Source: Nitrospirota bacterium (GTDB lineage Bacteria > Nitrospirota > UBA9217). From it: a stretch of 64,000 bases of DNA. Below are positions 40,893 to 52,297 of this stretch, in pieces (positions within the stretch are counted from its first letter, which is position 1; every line of letters starts with the position of its first letter). The stretch covers positions 32,001-96,000 of the forward strand of contig CAVUHW010000015.1 in assembly GCA_963741205.1 (NCBI GenBank). Reading direction: 5' to 3'. The notes beneath the pieces were generated by a model, which worked only from the letters and a program-made list of their open reading frames with translations, was not told where the DNA came from and made no database searches. The translations under genes and the position numbers were made by a program.

Positions 40893-43253
40893 ATGAAGAG
40901 CGCGGCGTCTGTTTCAGCAACAGCTTCCGGCAAGGGACTCAATCTTTCCGAGAACTGCCTCAAGGTCCTCGAAAAACGCTACCTCAAACGGAACGAGGAC
41001 GGAACTGTTGTCGAAACAGCGGTCGACATGTTCACGCGCGTGGCGCGGACCATTGCCGAGGGCGACCGGGCCTACGGCAAGTCCGACGCCGACGTGGAGC
41101 GGACCGCGACCGAGTTCTACCGCCTTATGACCTCCCTCGAGTTCCTGCCGAACAGCCCCACGCTCATGAACGCGGGGCGCGAGCTCGGCCAGCTGTCGGC
41201 CTGCTTCGTGCTTGCCCGTGGGCGACTCCATGGACGAGATCTTCGAGTCCGTGAAGAACGCGGCCCTGATCCACAAGTCCGGCGGCGGCACGGGCTTCTC
41301 CTTCTCCCGCATCCGGCCGAAGAACGACGTGGTGAAGTCCACGAAGGGCGTTTCGTCCGGCCCCATTTCGTTCATGACCGTGTTCGACGCGGCCACGGAG
41401 ACGGTGAAGCAGGGCGGCACGCGGCGGGGGGCCAACATGGGCATCCTCTCGGTGGACCATCCGGACATCCTCGATTTCGTCACCTGCAAGCAGCAGAGCG
41501 ACCGGCTGAATAACTTCAACATCTCCGTGGCCATGACCGACACATTCATGGATGCGGTGGAGAAGGACGGCGAGTACGACCTTGTCTCCCCGCGCGGCAA
41601 GGCCGTGGTCAAGAGGCTCCAGGCCCGCAAGGTATTCGACACCATCGTGAACATGGCCTGGAAGAACGGCGACCCGGGCATCATCTTCCTGGACCGCATC
41701 AACCAGTACAACCCCACACCTCACGTGGGCATGGTGGAGTCCACCAACCCCTGCGGCGAGCAGCCGCTCCTCCCCTATGAGTCCTGCAACCTGGGCTCGA
41801 TCAACCTGGCGAAGATGCTCGCGCCGAACGGCAAGGCGATCGATTTCGACAGGCTTCGCCACACGGTGCGGCAGGCGGTCCACTTCCTGGACAACGTGAT
41901 CGACGTGAACCGCTATCCCATCGAAAAGATCAGTGAGATGACCCGGGCGAACCGCAAGATCGGCCTGGGCGTCATGGGATTCGCCGATATGCTCCTGGAG
42001 ATGGGCATTCCCTACAGCTCCGACGAGGCGGTGCGGACCGGTGAAAAGGTCATGAAGTTCATCACCGACGAGGGCCGGAGGATGAGCGAGGAACTCGCCA
42101 GGGAGCGCGGGGCCTTCCCGAACTTCAAAGGGAGCATCTACGACAGGCCCGGCGCAGCCGCCGATCAGGAACGCGACGGTCACTACTATCGCGCCTACGG
42201 GCACCCTTTCGATCATCGCCGGGTGCTCCAGCGGCATCGAACCGCTCTTCGGGCTCACCTTCGTCCGGAAGGTCCTGGACGGCGCCGAACTGCTCGAAGT
42301 GAACCCCGTGTTCGAACGGATGGCGAAGGACCGGGGCTTCCATTCCGATGAACTCATGAAGGAGATCGCCGAGCACGGCGGGTGCACGAACATCCAGACA
42401 GGTCCCCGAGGACGTGCAGCGCGTGTTCGTCACGGCCCATGACATCACCCCGGAGTGGCACATCCGCATGCAGGCTGCTTTCCAGAAGCATACCGACAAC
42501 GCGGTTTCCAAGACCGTGAATTTTCCGCACAGCGCCACGCAGAAGGACGTGGAGAAGGTCTATCTGCTCGCCTACAAGACGGGCTGCAAGGGCGTCACGA
42601 TCTACCGCGACGGCTCCCGCGACGAGCAGGTGCTTTCACCGGCGCCACGGAAAAGGCGCGCAAGGCCGCTGCAGCGGCCGGTCACGGTTGCTTCGGCCTC
42701 GCCGGAGCTGGCCGAGGAGAAGAAGCCGCGAAACCGTCCGGTCTTGACCCACGGCGTTACCCAGAAGATCCCCACGGGCTGCGGCAATCTCTACATCACG
42801 ATCAACGAGGACGAAGAGGGCATCTGCGAGGTCTTTTCGACCATGGGCAAGTCCGGCGGGTGCGCCGCGAGCCAGTCCGAGGCCGTCTCCCGCATGGTCT
42901 CCCTGGCGCTCCGGTCGGGCGTGTCCATCGACTCGATCATCAAGCAGGTGAAGGGCATCCGCTGCCCGTCTCCGGCCTGGGGCGAGGGCGGCTCGATCCT
43001 GTCCTGCCCCGATGCCATTGGCCGGGCCCTCGAACGCTATGCCAAGGAGGCTGTGAACCACCACAATCACCACAAGGCCCGGGCCGTAGCCGCGCCGATG
43101 CCCACGGTCGCCTACACGTCGTCAGACTGCGCCAAGGGCGGGAGCAAGAACCACCTGGGCCTTTGCCCCGAATGCCCCGACTGCGGCGGGCTCCTGGAGT
43201 TCGGCGAAGGCTGCGCCTTCTGCCGGGGCTGCGGGTTCTCGAAGTGCGGGTAA
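40893..43253 (+). CDS. nrdJ: Class II (adenosylcobalamin-dependent) ribonucleotide reductase with C-terminal TSCPD domain, frameshifted
   Basis: '[10 protein letters not shown]', 'LSACF', '[17 protein letters not shown]', 'VSKTVNF', 'ILSCPDAI', terminal CxxC pairs. Confidence 0.93.
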
Positions 43254-43434
43254 CGGAACGAGATTCGAATTGCGGATGCAGAATGTTACATCGAGATGCA
43301 CGAAGAGCAATTCATTGTACCTTGAAGCAGGACGCAGTCTGGCTGACAGCCGGGAATTTCTTCCGGTATTCTTTATGCTGACGTTCTATCGAGCTTCAAT
43401 CTGCATTCCATAACATTTGATTAAAGGAGGTTTT

Positions 43435-43626
43435 ATGGACCTTGATGATGTGATTCTGGAACTTTACCGGCTTGCGGAGACGAAGGCCTGGGAGGGAATG
43501 GCGACCGATGAAGCACTCTCGGCGGCGATCGAGGGTATGGAGCAGATCTGGGAGCTGAGGCAGGCCGACAAGAGAAGGGTCGCGATGGTCAATGCAAACA
43601 AGAAGCAGCCGCGGATATGGTGCTAG
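43435..43626 (+). CDS. Small hypothetical protein (63 aa)
   Basis: Strong RBS AAGGAGG 4 nt before the ATG; helical sequence. Confidence 0.6.
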   Translation: MDLDDVILELYRLAETKAWEGMATDEALSAAIEGMEQIWELRQADKRRVAMVNANKKQPRIWC

Positions 43627-43813
43627 AATTCAACGTACAAAAAACTTGACATTTGATGGATATGACTTTACAGTAGCAGTGTAAGAATGTTTACGAGTAC
43701 GGTTGACCGCAGATCTCGCAGCATCGGCCGGCCCGATCAGCATTCCCAGGCCGTACGCGTTATTCCGCCCGCGGACACAGCGGGTCATCAGCTTATCAAG
43801 GAGGGCAACACGT

Positions 43814-44149
43814 ATGGCTATTGAGAGGATCATGCAGTACGAGTGCAGGGTTTGCGGAAGAAAGATCGACGTGACGAGGACAGGAGACGTGTACGAGGAG
43901 CCTGTGTATTGCTGCGGTCTGGAAGCGACTGAAATCAACGCGCCGCAAGCGCCTTCCGCTCCGGTAGCCATACCCGTGAGGAAACCGGCGGCAAAGAAGG
44001 CGAAGAAAAAGGCAGCGACAAAGAAAGCAGCGAAGAAAAAAGCGGTGACGAAGAAAGCGGCGAAGAAAAAGGTGACCAAGAAAAAAGCCGCCAAGAAGAA
44101 GGCTGCCAAAAAGGCTGTAAAAAAGAAGGCGGCAAAGAAAAGAAGGTAA
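43814..44149 (+). CDS. Desulforedoxin-like CxxC...CCG domain fused to a histone H1-like Lys/Ala tail
   Basis: 'YECRVCG..PVYCCG' followed by 'KPAAKKAKKKAATKKAAKKK..' repeats; RBS GAGG; terminator follows. Confidence 0.8.
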   Translation: MAIERIMQYECRVCGRKIDVTRTGDVYEEPVYCCGLEATEINAPQAPSAPVAIPVRKPAAKKAKKKAATKKAAKKKAVTKKAAKKKVTKKKAAKKKAAKKAVKKKAAKKRR

Positions 44150-44166
44150 TATTCTCCTCGTTTCCC

Positions 44167-44200
44167 GAAGGGCTTCCGGCGCAATCCGGAGGCCCTTTTC
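44167..44200 (+). terminator. Intrinsic terminator
   Basis: aagggcttccgg-cgcaat-ccggaggccctttt. Confidence 0.75.
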
Positions 44201-44266
44201 TGTTTGTTCTGCCATTTCCGAATTAATATCTTGACTAATGATTCTCCGGGCTTTAGGATTCAGCCC

Positions 44267-45034
44267 ATGCAGAACCTGGACCGGATGGAGCACGACATAC
44301 GGCGGCTTGCGGGCAGGGCCATCGGTGATTATGGCCTGGTCGAGGACGGCGACCGCATACTCGTCGCGCTGTCAGGCGGCAAGGACAGCTTTACGCTGCT
44401 CCGCATTCTCCAAAGCCTTCAAAAGCGGGCGCCGGTGGCATTCTCCCTCATCGCCGTAACGGTCCATCCGGGGTTCCCCGGCTTTCAGACGCAACGTATC
44501 GAGGATTATCTCGAAACACGCGGCGTCGAGCACCGGGTCGTCCATGCCCCGATCCACAAGCTCATGATCGAGAAGCTGACGCCGGATGATACTCCCTGCG
44601 CCCTCTGCGCCCGGCTGAAGCGCGGCGTGCTGTATACTCAGGCGCGCGAGCTGGGCTGCACCAAGATCGCCCTCGGACATCACCGGGACGATTTCATCGA
44701 GACGCTCCTTTTAAACCAGTTCTACAACGGCAAGATCAAGGCCATGGCCCCGCTGCTCCGGGCCGACGACGGGAGGAACGTCGTGATCCGGCCGCTCGTA
44801 TACGTTCCGGAGGACGATATTATCCGCTTCGCCGTTCTTGCGGGCTTTCCCGTAACTTGCTGCGCCTGTCCGGCATGCGGGGACCAGGACCTGAAACGGT
44901 CCAGGATCAAGGGCCTGCTCGCGGCGCTGGAGCAGGAGCAGCCCGGGGTCAAGGCAAGCCTCCTGGCCGCGCTTGCCGACGTGGACTGCCGCCATCTCCT
45001 CGTGAAAGCGGATGAGGTAGGAAGTAGGAAGTAA
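44267..45034 (+). CDS. ttcA: tRNA 2-thiocytidine(32) synthetase
   Basis: PP-loop SGGKDS, 'CALCARLKRG', 'GHHRDD', 'IRPL', 'CPAC'. Confidence 0.92.
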   Translation: MQNLDRMEHDIRRLAGRAIGDYGLVEDGDRILVALSGGKDSFTLLRILQSLQKRAPVAFSLIAVTVHPGFPGFQTQRIEDYLETRGVEHRVVHAPIHKLMIEKLTPDDTPCALCARLKRGVLYTQARELGCTKIALGHHRDDFIETLLLNQFYNGKIKAMAPLLRADDGRNVVIRPLVYVPEDDIIRFAVLAGFPVTCCACPACGDQDLKRSRIKGLLAALEQEQPGVKASLLAALADVDCRHLLVKADEVGSRK

Positions 45035-45062
45035 GAAGTAGGAAGAAGAAGTAAGAAGTAGA
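45016..45062 (+). repeat. Tandem AGTARGA heptamers spanning the ttcA stop
   Basis: ggtaggaagtaggaagtaagaagtaggaagaagaagtaagaagtag. Confidence 0.85.
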
Positions 45063-45117
45063 GAAGGGTGGAGACACCTGTATTGCATCGAGGGCGGTTT
45101 TTGCTTATAATAACGCC

Positions 45118-45282
45118 ATGGTTTACAAAGTCGTAGAAACGAGCACGGTAACGGACGAAGAGCTCGAGAGGATACTGAACGAGTGGACGGACAAGGGATT
45201 CGCCTTCGAGAGCATCCAGTTCGTCACCTCGGTCTCCTCCAAGCGGCCGACGATGGCCTTTGTTTTTTTCACGAAGACTTGA
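45118..45282 (+). CDS. DUF4177-like small protein (54 aa, below the ORF-track cutoff)
   Basis: MVYKVVETSTVTDEELERILNEWTDKGFAFESIQF..MAFVFFTKT. Confidence 0.75.
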   Translation: MVYKVVETSTVTDEELERILNEWTDKGFAFESIQFVTSVSSKRPTMAFVFFTKT

Positions 45283-45472
45283 GTCCCGATCAGTTACCGC
45301 AAAGACCGCACCATTTGAAAATTTCCCCCTGCCAACGGTCAAATCCCGAATAAATCTCCGGTCCAAAATTCTTCTATCCCCATTGCAAGCAAGGGTGAGT
45401 CGCGGGTCCTCTCGGGACGCAGAAGACGTCCGAAAAACGGATAAAAATCCTTTTCTCTCAAGATGTTCGTAA

Positions 45473-45501
45473 TTGACAACAGTTGCGGTAAAGAGTATAA
45501 T
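45473..45501 (+). promoter_or_regulatory. Consensus sigma70 promoter of the gsp operon
   Basis: TTGACA-17 bp-TATAAT, 44 bp upstream of the gspC ATG. Confidence 0.8.
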
Positions 45502-45545
45502 TTTTTTGGAAGAGCCTCAAGGGGCGCTACTGCGACATAAGGACC

Positions 45546-46376
45546 ATGAAAGAAGAAAAAACAATATATACATTGGCGCTTGTCGCGTTTCTCACCGTGT
45601 CGGCGTATTTTCTGGCAGATACCATCGACGCCATGATCGGTCGGAGTCTCTCTGCCGCGCCGATGTACACTTCGCCGGCTGAGGGCAGCCGCTCCGTTTT
45701 GCAGCCGCGGCGCGAACTCTCCGACTACTCGTCCATTCTTGAGCGCGGACTCTTCGGCGAAGGCAAGGGCCCGTCAAGCGGACCCGCTGCCGCGGAATCG
45801 ACGTCCTATAAACTCATCGGCACTGTTGAAGGGGCGGCATTCTCCGGCGCCGTGCTCGAGGACAGCACCGGCCAGGCCTTCTACCGCATCAACCAGAAGC
45901 TGCCCGACGGATCGGCCATCGTGAAGGTCATGCGCGACAAGGTCACCCTGAAGAGGTCTGACGGCGTGAGCGTGAACCTGGAACTCGTCGACGACACGAA
46001 AATCGTCACCATGAAGCCGAACGGCGCGGGAAGCGACAGTGTGAAGAAACTTTCGAGCGGCAAGTTCATGGTCGACCAGAAAGAGGTGCTCGCGAGCACC
46101 GAGAACATGAACCAGATCCTGACGCAGGCCAGGGCAGTGCCTTTCCAGGAGCAGGGGAAGACCGTCGGGTTCAAGATCAGCGAGATCGTGCCCGGCAGCA
46201 TCTACGAGAAAATCGGGCTCGTGAACGGCGACGTCATCCAACGGGTCAATTCGCAGGATGTGGACGATCCGGCCAAGTTCTTCCAGCTCTACCAGGGGCT
46301 CCGGAACGAGAGGAACATTTCGATAGACCTGATCCGGAGCGGCCAACGCACGACCCTGAACTACGAAATTCGGTAA
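45546..46376 (+). CDS. gspC: Type II secretion protein C (with PDZ domain)
   Basis: TM segment, 'KLIGTV', C-terminal PDZ 'GFKISEIVPGSIYEKIGL..GDVI'. Confidence 0.88.
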   Translation: MKEEKTIYTLALVAFLTVSAYFLADTIDAMIGRSLSAAPMYTSPAEGSRSVLQPRRELSDYSSILERGLFGEGKGPSSGPAAAESTSYKLIGTVEGAAFSGAVLEDSTGQAFYRINQKLPDGSAIVKVMRDKVTLKRSDGVSVNLELVDDTKIVTMKPNGAGSDSVKKLSSGKFMVDQKEVLASTENMNQILTQARAVPFQEQGKTVGFKISEIVPGSIYEKIGLVNGDVIQRVNSQDVDDPAKFFQLYQGLRNERNISIDLIRSGQRTTLNYEIR

Positions 46377-46383
46377 GCAAAGC

Positions 46384-46492
46384 AGAACCGGGGAACCGGG
46401 GAGAATAAAAACCGACGGAGAGAATCTGAGAAACGGAGAAAAAGTTTTACTCATGCCTACCCTTCTCCCGTTCGCCGATTCCCCATTCGGCT
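46384..46492. repeat. Palindromic tandem element (AACCGGGG/TTCTCCCG type) at the gspC/D junction
   Basis: agaaccggggaaccggggagaa..aaacggagaa ... ttctcccgttcgccgattccccattc. Confidence 0.7.
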
Positions 46493-46549
46493 CAGATGTC
46501 CTTTCAGCGGTTTGTATTTCCCGATCAATTCAAATCACGGAGGCAATGA

Positions 46550-48600
46550 GTGAAAAATAAAGCGGCCCTGCTGCTCCTGATAGGGCTTGTGTGCGCGCCT
46601 TTCGTATATGCCCAGGACCAGGAACCTCAAGCGCCTGCGGCCACTGCTTCCCCTGAAGGCCGGACCAAAACCAAAAAGACCAAATCGGGGGACGACTTCG
46701 TCACCCTCAATTTCACGAACATCGATATCAGCGCCCTCGTCAAGGTGATGAGCGAACTGACGCGGAGAAACTTCATCCTCGACGAGCGGGTGGCGGGCAA
46801 GGTCACGCTCATGACTCCGACGAAGATCTCGCCCGACGAGGCCTACCAGGTTTTTCTCTCGGCACTCGAGATCAAGGGCTTCACCGCGGTGGAGGACGGC
46901 AAGGTCATCCGTATCATTCCGGCGGCCACGGCCCGCCAGAGCGGCCTCAAGGTGTTACAGGACGGCGAGATGAGGGGCGAGGGATTCGTGACCAAGCTCA
47001 TCCGGATGAACTTCGTCAACCCCCAGGAGATCGTCCGCACCATCACGCCGCTCGTTACGAAGGACGGCAGCCTTATCGCCTATCCCACCACCAACTCGGT
47101 CATCATCACCGATTCGGTGTCCAATATCAGGAAGATCGAAAGTCTGATCCACGCGATGGATGTGGCCGCGCCCGAGGGCAAGGGCAAGATCAACGTCTAC
47201 TACCTCAGGAACGCCAGCTCCGAGGACATCGCCAAGCTGATGCAGGCCCTGGTGTCGCGGCTGCCCGTGCCGCCCGCGGGCGGGGCGGCCGCTCCCGCCG
47301 GGCCCTCGACGATCCTGGAGGGGAGCCGTCACCATCACGTCGGACAAGGCGACCAATTCGCTCATCATCGTCGGCTCGCCCGGCGATTTCGAGATCATGA
47401 AGGACGTGATCCAGAAACTCGACATCAGGCGCCGCCAGGTCTACGTCGAGGTCGCTATTATCGAAATGAGCTTGTCGAAGTCGCGCGAACTCGGGTTCGA
47501 GTTCCAGGCGCCGGTAAAAACGAGCAGCCTGGCCGAAAATGCCACATCAGCACAGCGCTGTGGGCGGCACCAACTTCGGCAACATAGGCCCCGCGATCGC
47601 AGGGGGACCTGCTGCTTTTGCACAGATAAACGGCCTGGCCGTGGGCGCGATCAAGGGCACCTTCACCTTCAAGGGCCAGCAGTTTTTGAGCGTAGGCGCA
47701 CTTCTTCATGCTCTCCAGACAGACTCTGATGTCAATGTGCTGTCAACGCCGAATATCCTCACCATGGATAACCAGAAGGCCGAGATCATGGTGGGACAGA
47801 ATGTTCCCTTTATCACGGGCCAGACGCAGAATGCGGTAACCGGCAGCCAGACCCTGTTTAACTCGGTCAACCGGCAGGACGTAGGCATCAAATTGTCGCT
47901 CACGCCGCAAATCGCCTCCGATGATAATGTCCGGCTCGATGTCAATCAGGAAATCTCCGATGTGATTGCTTCCACCAGCGCAAATGCCGCGGGCCCCACG
48001 ACCAGCAAACGTTCCGCGAGCACGACCGTTGTTGTGAAAGACCGCCAGACCATGGTCATCGGCGGCTTGATCCGCGACAACGTCACATCGTCTGAGTCGA
48101 AGGTGCCGTTCCTGGGCGATATCCCTCTCCTGGGCTGGCTTTTCAAGACCAAAACAACCACCATTGACAAAGCCAATCTCATGATCTTCATTACGCCCTA
48201 TATCATCAAAAGCGAGGGTGAGGGCACGGATCTGACCACGAGGACAAACGAGAAACTCGAAGATTTCCGGAAGGAATACCACATCGAGAAAAAAAGGTAC
48301 CTCCCTCCGCCATCCCGCCGAAAACGGGCGGAGCATCAGAACCGCCTGCTGTTGTCGTGCCGGGCTTGATGGAGAGGATGCCCCTTCCGGGACTGAAGTC
48401 GCAGCCCCGTGACAACCGCGCCTGCCAATATCCAGGAAAAGCCTGCGTCGGAACTGAAGACCGATACCTCCGTTACCGTCCCACAAAACAACAGTCCGTC
48501 TCAGGACGGAAGCCTCCCTCCTCCTGAGATAAAGACTGAGGTGACCCCTACGGCCCAGTCCCCTGTGAAATCCGAAACTCCCCAGGAGGGCGTGCGGTGA
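46550..48600 (+). CDS. gspD: Type II secretion secretin, frameshifted
   Basis: N0 'LNFTNIDI', 'DIRRRQVYVE', 'NVLSTP', 'KVPFLGDIPLLGWLF'. Confidence 0.92.
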
Positions 48601-50286
48601 GACGCCTGCTCGGCGAGATACTCGTTGAGTCCGGGCTTTCTTCGGAGCGGCTCAAGAAGGCGCTCGACCTCCAGAAGAAGCGGGGCGGACGGATCGGCAC
48701 GCTCCTCATGCGCCTTACCTTCGTGACCGAGGAGGACGTGCTCAAGGCGCTCGGGGTCGCAGCTCGGTCTTCCCTACCAATCAGACCTGGGCGAGATCGA
48801 CCGCGAACTCGCGCTCAAGGTGCCGATCACGTATGCCAAGAAGGCCGTGGTCCTTCCGCTCCGGCGGGAGAACGGCACGGTCATTGCGGCCACATCTGAA
48901 CCGCTCAACCTTTCCACGGTCGACGATCTCGCGGCGCTCCTGGGCGCCGACATCTCGCTCTGCCTGGCCCCCACCGAACAAATCCTCGACACCGTCAACC
49001 GCCTCCACAGCGAAGGGCATGAACCGGGCCGAGGACACGGTGCAGGAGATGGAGGAAGAGGACCTGTCGTTCCTCGCCGCCGAGCTCGACGAGCCCACGG
49101 ACCTGCTGGAGGCCACCGACGACGCGCCGATCATCAGGCTGGTGAACTCGCTCCTGTCGCAGGCCATCCGCGAGCGCGCGAGCGACATCCACATCGAGCC
49201 CTTCGAGAAGGAAATGATCGCCCGCTTCCGCATCGACGGTATCCTGTACAACATCCTGACCATCCAGAAGCGCTTCCAGGCGAGCATCGCGTCGCGCGTC
49301 AAGATCATGTCGGGCCTGAACATCGCGGAAAAGCGGCTCCCGCAGGACGGCGGCATGCGGATCAAGATCGGCGGAAAGGACGTGGACATCCGCGTCTCCA
49401 TCGTGCCCACGGCCTTCGGCGAGCGAATCGTGCTCCGGCTCCTGTATCGCGAGAGCGCACTGTTGCCGCTCGATCAGATCGGCTTTACCGGCGACACGCT
49501 GACCCGGTTCAATGAGATTGATCAACGCGGCCCCACGGGATCATCCTCGTGACGGGCCCCACGGGCAGCGGCAAGACCACGACGCTCTACGCGGCGCTCT
49601 CGAAAATCAACTCGCCGGACAAGAACATCATCACCATCGAGGACCCTATCGAGTACCAGCTCAAGGGCATCGGCCAGATCCAGGTGAACCCCAAGATCCA
49701 ACTGACCTTCGCGGCGGGGCTGCGCTCCGTGCTCCGTCAGGACCCGGACGTGATCCTCGTGGGCGAGGTCCGGGACTCGGAGACCGCCGAGATCGCGATC
49801 CAGGCGGCGCTCACGGGACATCTTGTGTTCTCCACGCTTCACACGAATGACGCGGCCGGGGCCGTGACGAGGTTGATCGACATGAAGATCGAGCCGTTCC
49901 TCATCTCCTCCTCGGTCATGGCGATCCTCGCCCAGCGGCTGGTGCGCGTGCTCTGTAAACACTGCCGGGAACCCTACCCGATCACGGCCGCCGAGATAGC
50001 GGAGCTCGAGATCAAGACGGGCGCGCAGGGGGCGACTGTGTACCGCGCGAAGGGCTGCGAGGCCTGCTTTCACACCGGCTACCTCGGCAGGAGCGCGATC
50101 TACGAGCTCTTGACCGTGGACGATGACATCCGCCAGTTCATCATGAAAAATACCGACGCAGCCACGATCAAGGCGCAGGCCATGAACAGGGGCATGCACA
50201 CGCTGCGGCAGGACGGCGCGGAAAGGGTCCTCGCCGGAGTCACGTCCGTGGATGAAGTGGTGCGGGTGACGCAGAAAGAAGCGTAG
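48597..50286 (+). CDS. gspE: Type II secretion ATPase, frameshifted
   Basis: 'ASDIHIEP', 'GPTGSGKTT', 'LRQDPD', CxxC..CxxC. Confidence 0.93.
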
Positions 50287-50388
50287 GTCAGAAGACAGAA
50301 GTCAGAGATCAGAGCGAAGAGACCAGGAGACGACATGGTGTTCACCTTTGTCTATCTTCTGGCAACTCTGACACTCTGTACTTCGTGA
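50287..50388. repeat. Palindromic tandem element (CAGAAGT/CTCTGAC type) at the gspE/F junction
   Basis: gtcagaagacagaagtcagagatcagag ... ttctggcaactctgacactctgtac. Confidence 0.7.
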
Positions 50389-50397
50389 TTGCAATCC

Positions 50398-51621
50398 ATG
50401 CCCGTTTACGAATATAAAGGCGTGACCGCTGCGGGGAAAAAGGTCTCCGGCGTCCAGGATGCCGAGAGCCTGAAGGCGGTAAGGTCGAGGCTTAAAAAAG
50501 ACGGCGTCACCGTCCTCGATATCCACGAGGGCGCGACTTTGCGTTCCGCCCGGCTTGGCTCGCCGGCAATGAAGCTTCGGCGCCCGGGTGAAGCTCGGCG
50601 ATCTTGCCAACGCGACGCGCCAACTTGCCACGCTCCTGTCATCGGGTCTTCCGCTGATGGAGGCCCTGTCGGTGCTCGTGGAGCAGGAGGAAAACGAGCG
50701 CCTGAAGGCGGCCATGTCGTCGGTGCGGGACTCGGTGCGCGAGGGCGCATCACTTGCCGACGCCCTCCATGGAGAACCCCACGCGTCTTCTCGCAGCTCT
50801 ACGTCAACATGGTCTCAGCCGGGGAGACGAGCGGGACCCTCGATATCACACTGGACCGGCTCGCGGATTTTCTGGACGAACAGGTCCGGTTTCGCGGCAG
50901 GATTTCCGCCGCCCTGGCTTATCCGGCCTTCATGACGGTCATTGGGGCGAGCATGCTCTTTTTTATCTTCAGCTTCGTGATGCCCCGCGTGGTTGGCATG
51001 TTCCAGGACATGAAGCAGCAGCTCCCGCTGATCACGCTCATTCTCCTCGCCACGGTGCGGTTTCTTTCGAACTTCTGGTGGGCGATCCTGCTGGTCATTG
51101 CCGGGGGCGTCTATTATGTCCGCCGGTATCTGCGCACGCAGGCGGGCAGGGAGGCCTTCGACGCGCGCATCCTCAGGATGCCGGTCTTCGGGAGCCTCAT
51201 CCGCATGATCGCCGTGTCGCGGTTCACTCGCACCCTCGGGACACTGCTTGAGAGCGGCGTGCCGGCGCTCACCGCCCTTGACATCGTGAAGAGCGTCGTA
51301 GGTAACACCGTCCTCGCGAACGCCATCCAGAAGGCTCGGGAAAACGTGCGGGAAGGCGAGCCCATCGCAGACCCCTTGAAGAGAAGCGGACTGTTCCCGC
51401 CCGTGGTGGTGCAGATGGTCGCCGTGGGCGAGAAGAGCGGGGAGCTCGAGAAGATGCTGCTCAAGATCTCCGACTCCTTCGACCGCACCGTCGAGACGCG
51501 GATCACGGCCCTCATGGCGCTCATGGAGCCGGTGATCATCCTCGCCATGGGCCTGATCATCGGGTTCATCGTGATCGCCATCATGCTGCCGATGCTCGAG
51601 ATGAGCTCGGGGGTGCGGTGA
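50398..51621 (+). CDS. gspF: Type II secretion inner membrane platform protein, with compensating frameshifts
   Basis: 'TRQLATLLSSG', 'YVNMVSAGETSG', 'VAVGEKSGEL', 'LMEP'. Confidence 0.93.
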   Translation: MPVYEYKGVTAAGKKVSGVQDAESLKAVRSRLKKDGVTVLDIHEGATLRSARLGSPAMKLRRPGEARRSCQRDAPTCHAPVIGSSADGGPVGARGAGGKRAPEGGHVVGAGLGARGRITCRRPPWRTPRVFSQLYVNMVSAGETSGTLDITLDRLADFLDEQVRFRGRISAALAYPAFMTVIGASMLFFIFSFVMPRVVGMFQDMKQQLPLITLILLATVRFLSNFWWAILLVIAGGVYYVRRYLRTQAGREAFDARILRMPVFGSLIRMIAVSRFTRTLGTLLESGVPALTALDIVKSVVGNTVLANAIQKARENVREGEPIADPLKRSGLFPPVVVQMVAVGEKSGELEKMLLKISDSFDRTVETRITALMALMEPVIILAMGLIIGFIVIAIMLPMLEMSSGVR

Positions 51622-51634
51622 AAATAAGTTCATT

Positions 51635-51729
51635 AACCACAGATGAACACAGATGGGCACTGTTTAAGACTTAAGAAATGAAAAATTATTAATCTTTAAA
51701 CCTGTGTTAATCTGTGTTCATCTGTGGTT
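51635..51729. repeat. Empty palindromic element (ACACAGATG arms) at the gspF/G junction
   Basis: Perfect 20-bp inverted repeat AACCACAGATGAACACAGAT (51635-51654 / 51710-51729). Confidence 0.9.
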
Positions 51730-51752
51730 TCAATTTTCTGAGGAGGTTTTGC

Positions 51753-52187
51753 ATGAAGAATCGGAAGGGTTTCACCCTCATTGAAATCATGGTCGTCATC
51801 ATCATCCTGGGTCTCTTGGCGGGCCTGGTGCTCCCCAAATTCCTCGGGCAGGAGGAGAAGGCCAAGGTCGAGGTGGCGAAGACGCAGATCCGCGCTCTTG
51901 AGGGGGCGCTGGACGCGTACAAGCTCGACAACGGGTTCTACCCCACGACCGACCAGGGACTGGACGCCCTGATCAAAAAGCCGGAAACGGGACGCATACC
52001 GGATAAGTGGCGGGAGGGCGGGTATCTGAAACCCGCGAGGATCCCGAAGGACCCCTGGGGCAAGGATTACGTCTACATCGCCCCGGGCAGCGAGAACAGG
52101 GAGTACGAGATCATTTCCTACGGCGCGGACGGCGAGCCCGGCGGCGAGGGCAACAACGCGGACATCGAGAGCTGGAAGATGCAATAA
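51753..52187 (+). CDS. gspG: Major pseudopilin
   Basis: MKNRKG|FTLIEIMVV; 'YKLDNG.YPTT.QGL', 'KDPWG'; RBS GAGGAGG. Confidence 0.95.
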   Translation: MKNRKGFTLIEIMVVIIILGLLAGLVLPKFLGQEEKAKVEVAKTQIRALEGALDAYKLDNGFYPTTDQGLDALIKKPETGRIPDKWREGGYLKPARIPKDPWGKDYVYIAPGSENREYEIISYGADGEPGGEGNNADIESWKMQ

Positions 52188-52297
52188 TGCGGAATGCGGA
52201 ATGGATGCGCACCCCTCACCGCGTCCCTCTCCCCAGTGGGGAGAGGGGGGAAAAGAGAGTCCTCTCCCCCGCGGGGAGAGGATTAAGGTGAGGGGGG
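52187..52297. repeat. ATGCGGA heptamers plus a CCCTCTCCC palindrome inside the gspH leader
   Basis: atgcggaatgcggaatgg..cccctcacc..ccctctccccagtggggagagggg..cctctcccccgcggggagagg..ggtgagggg. Confidence 0.85.
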
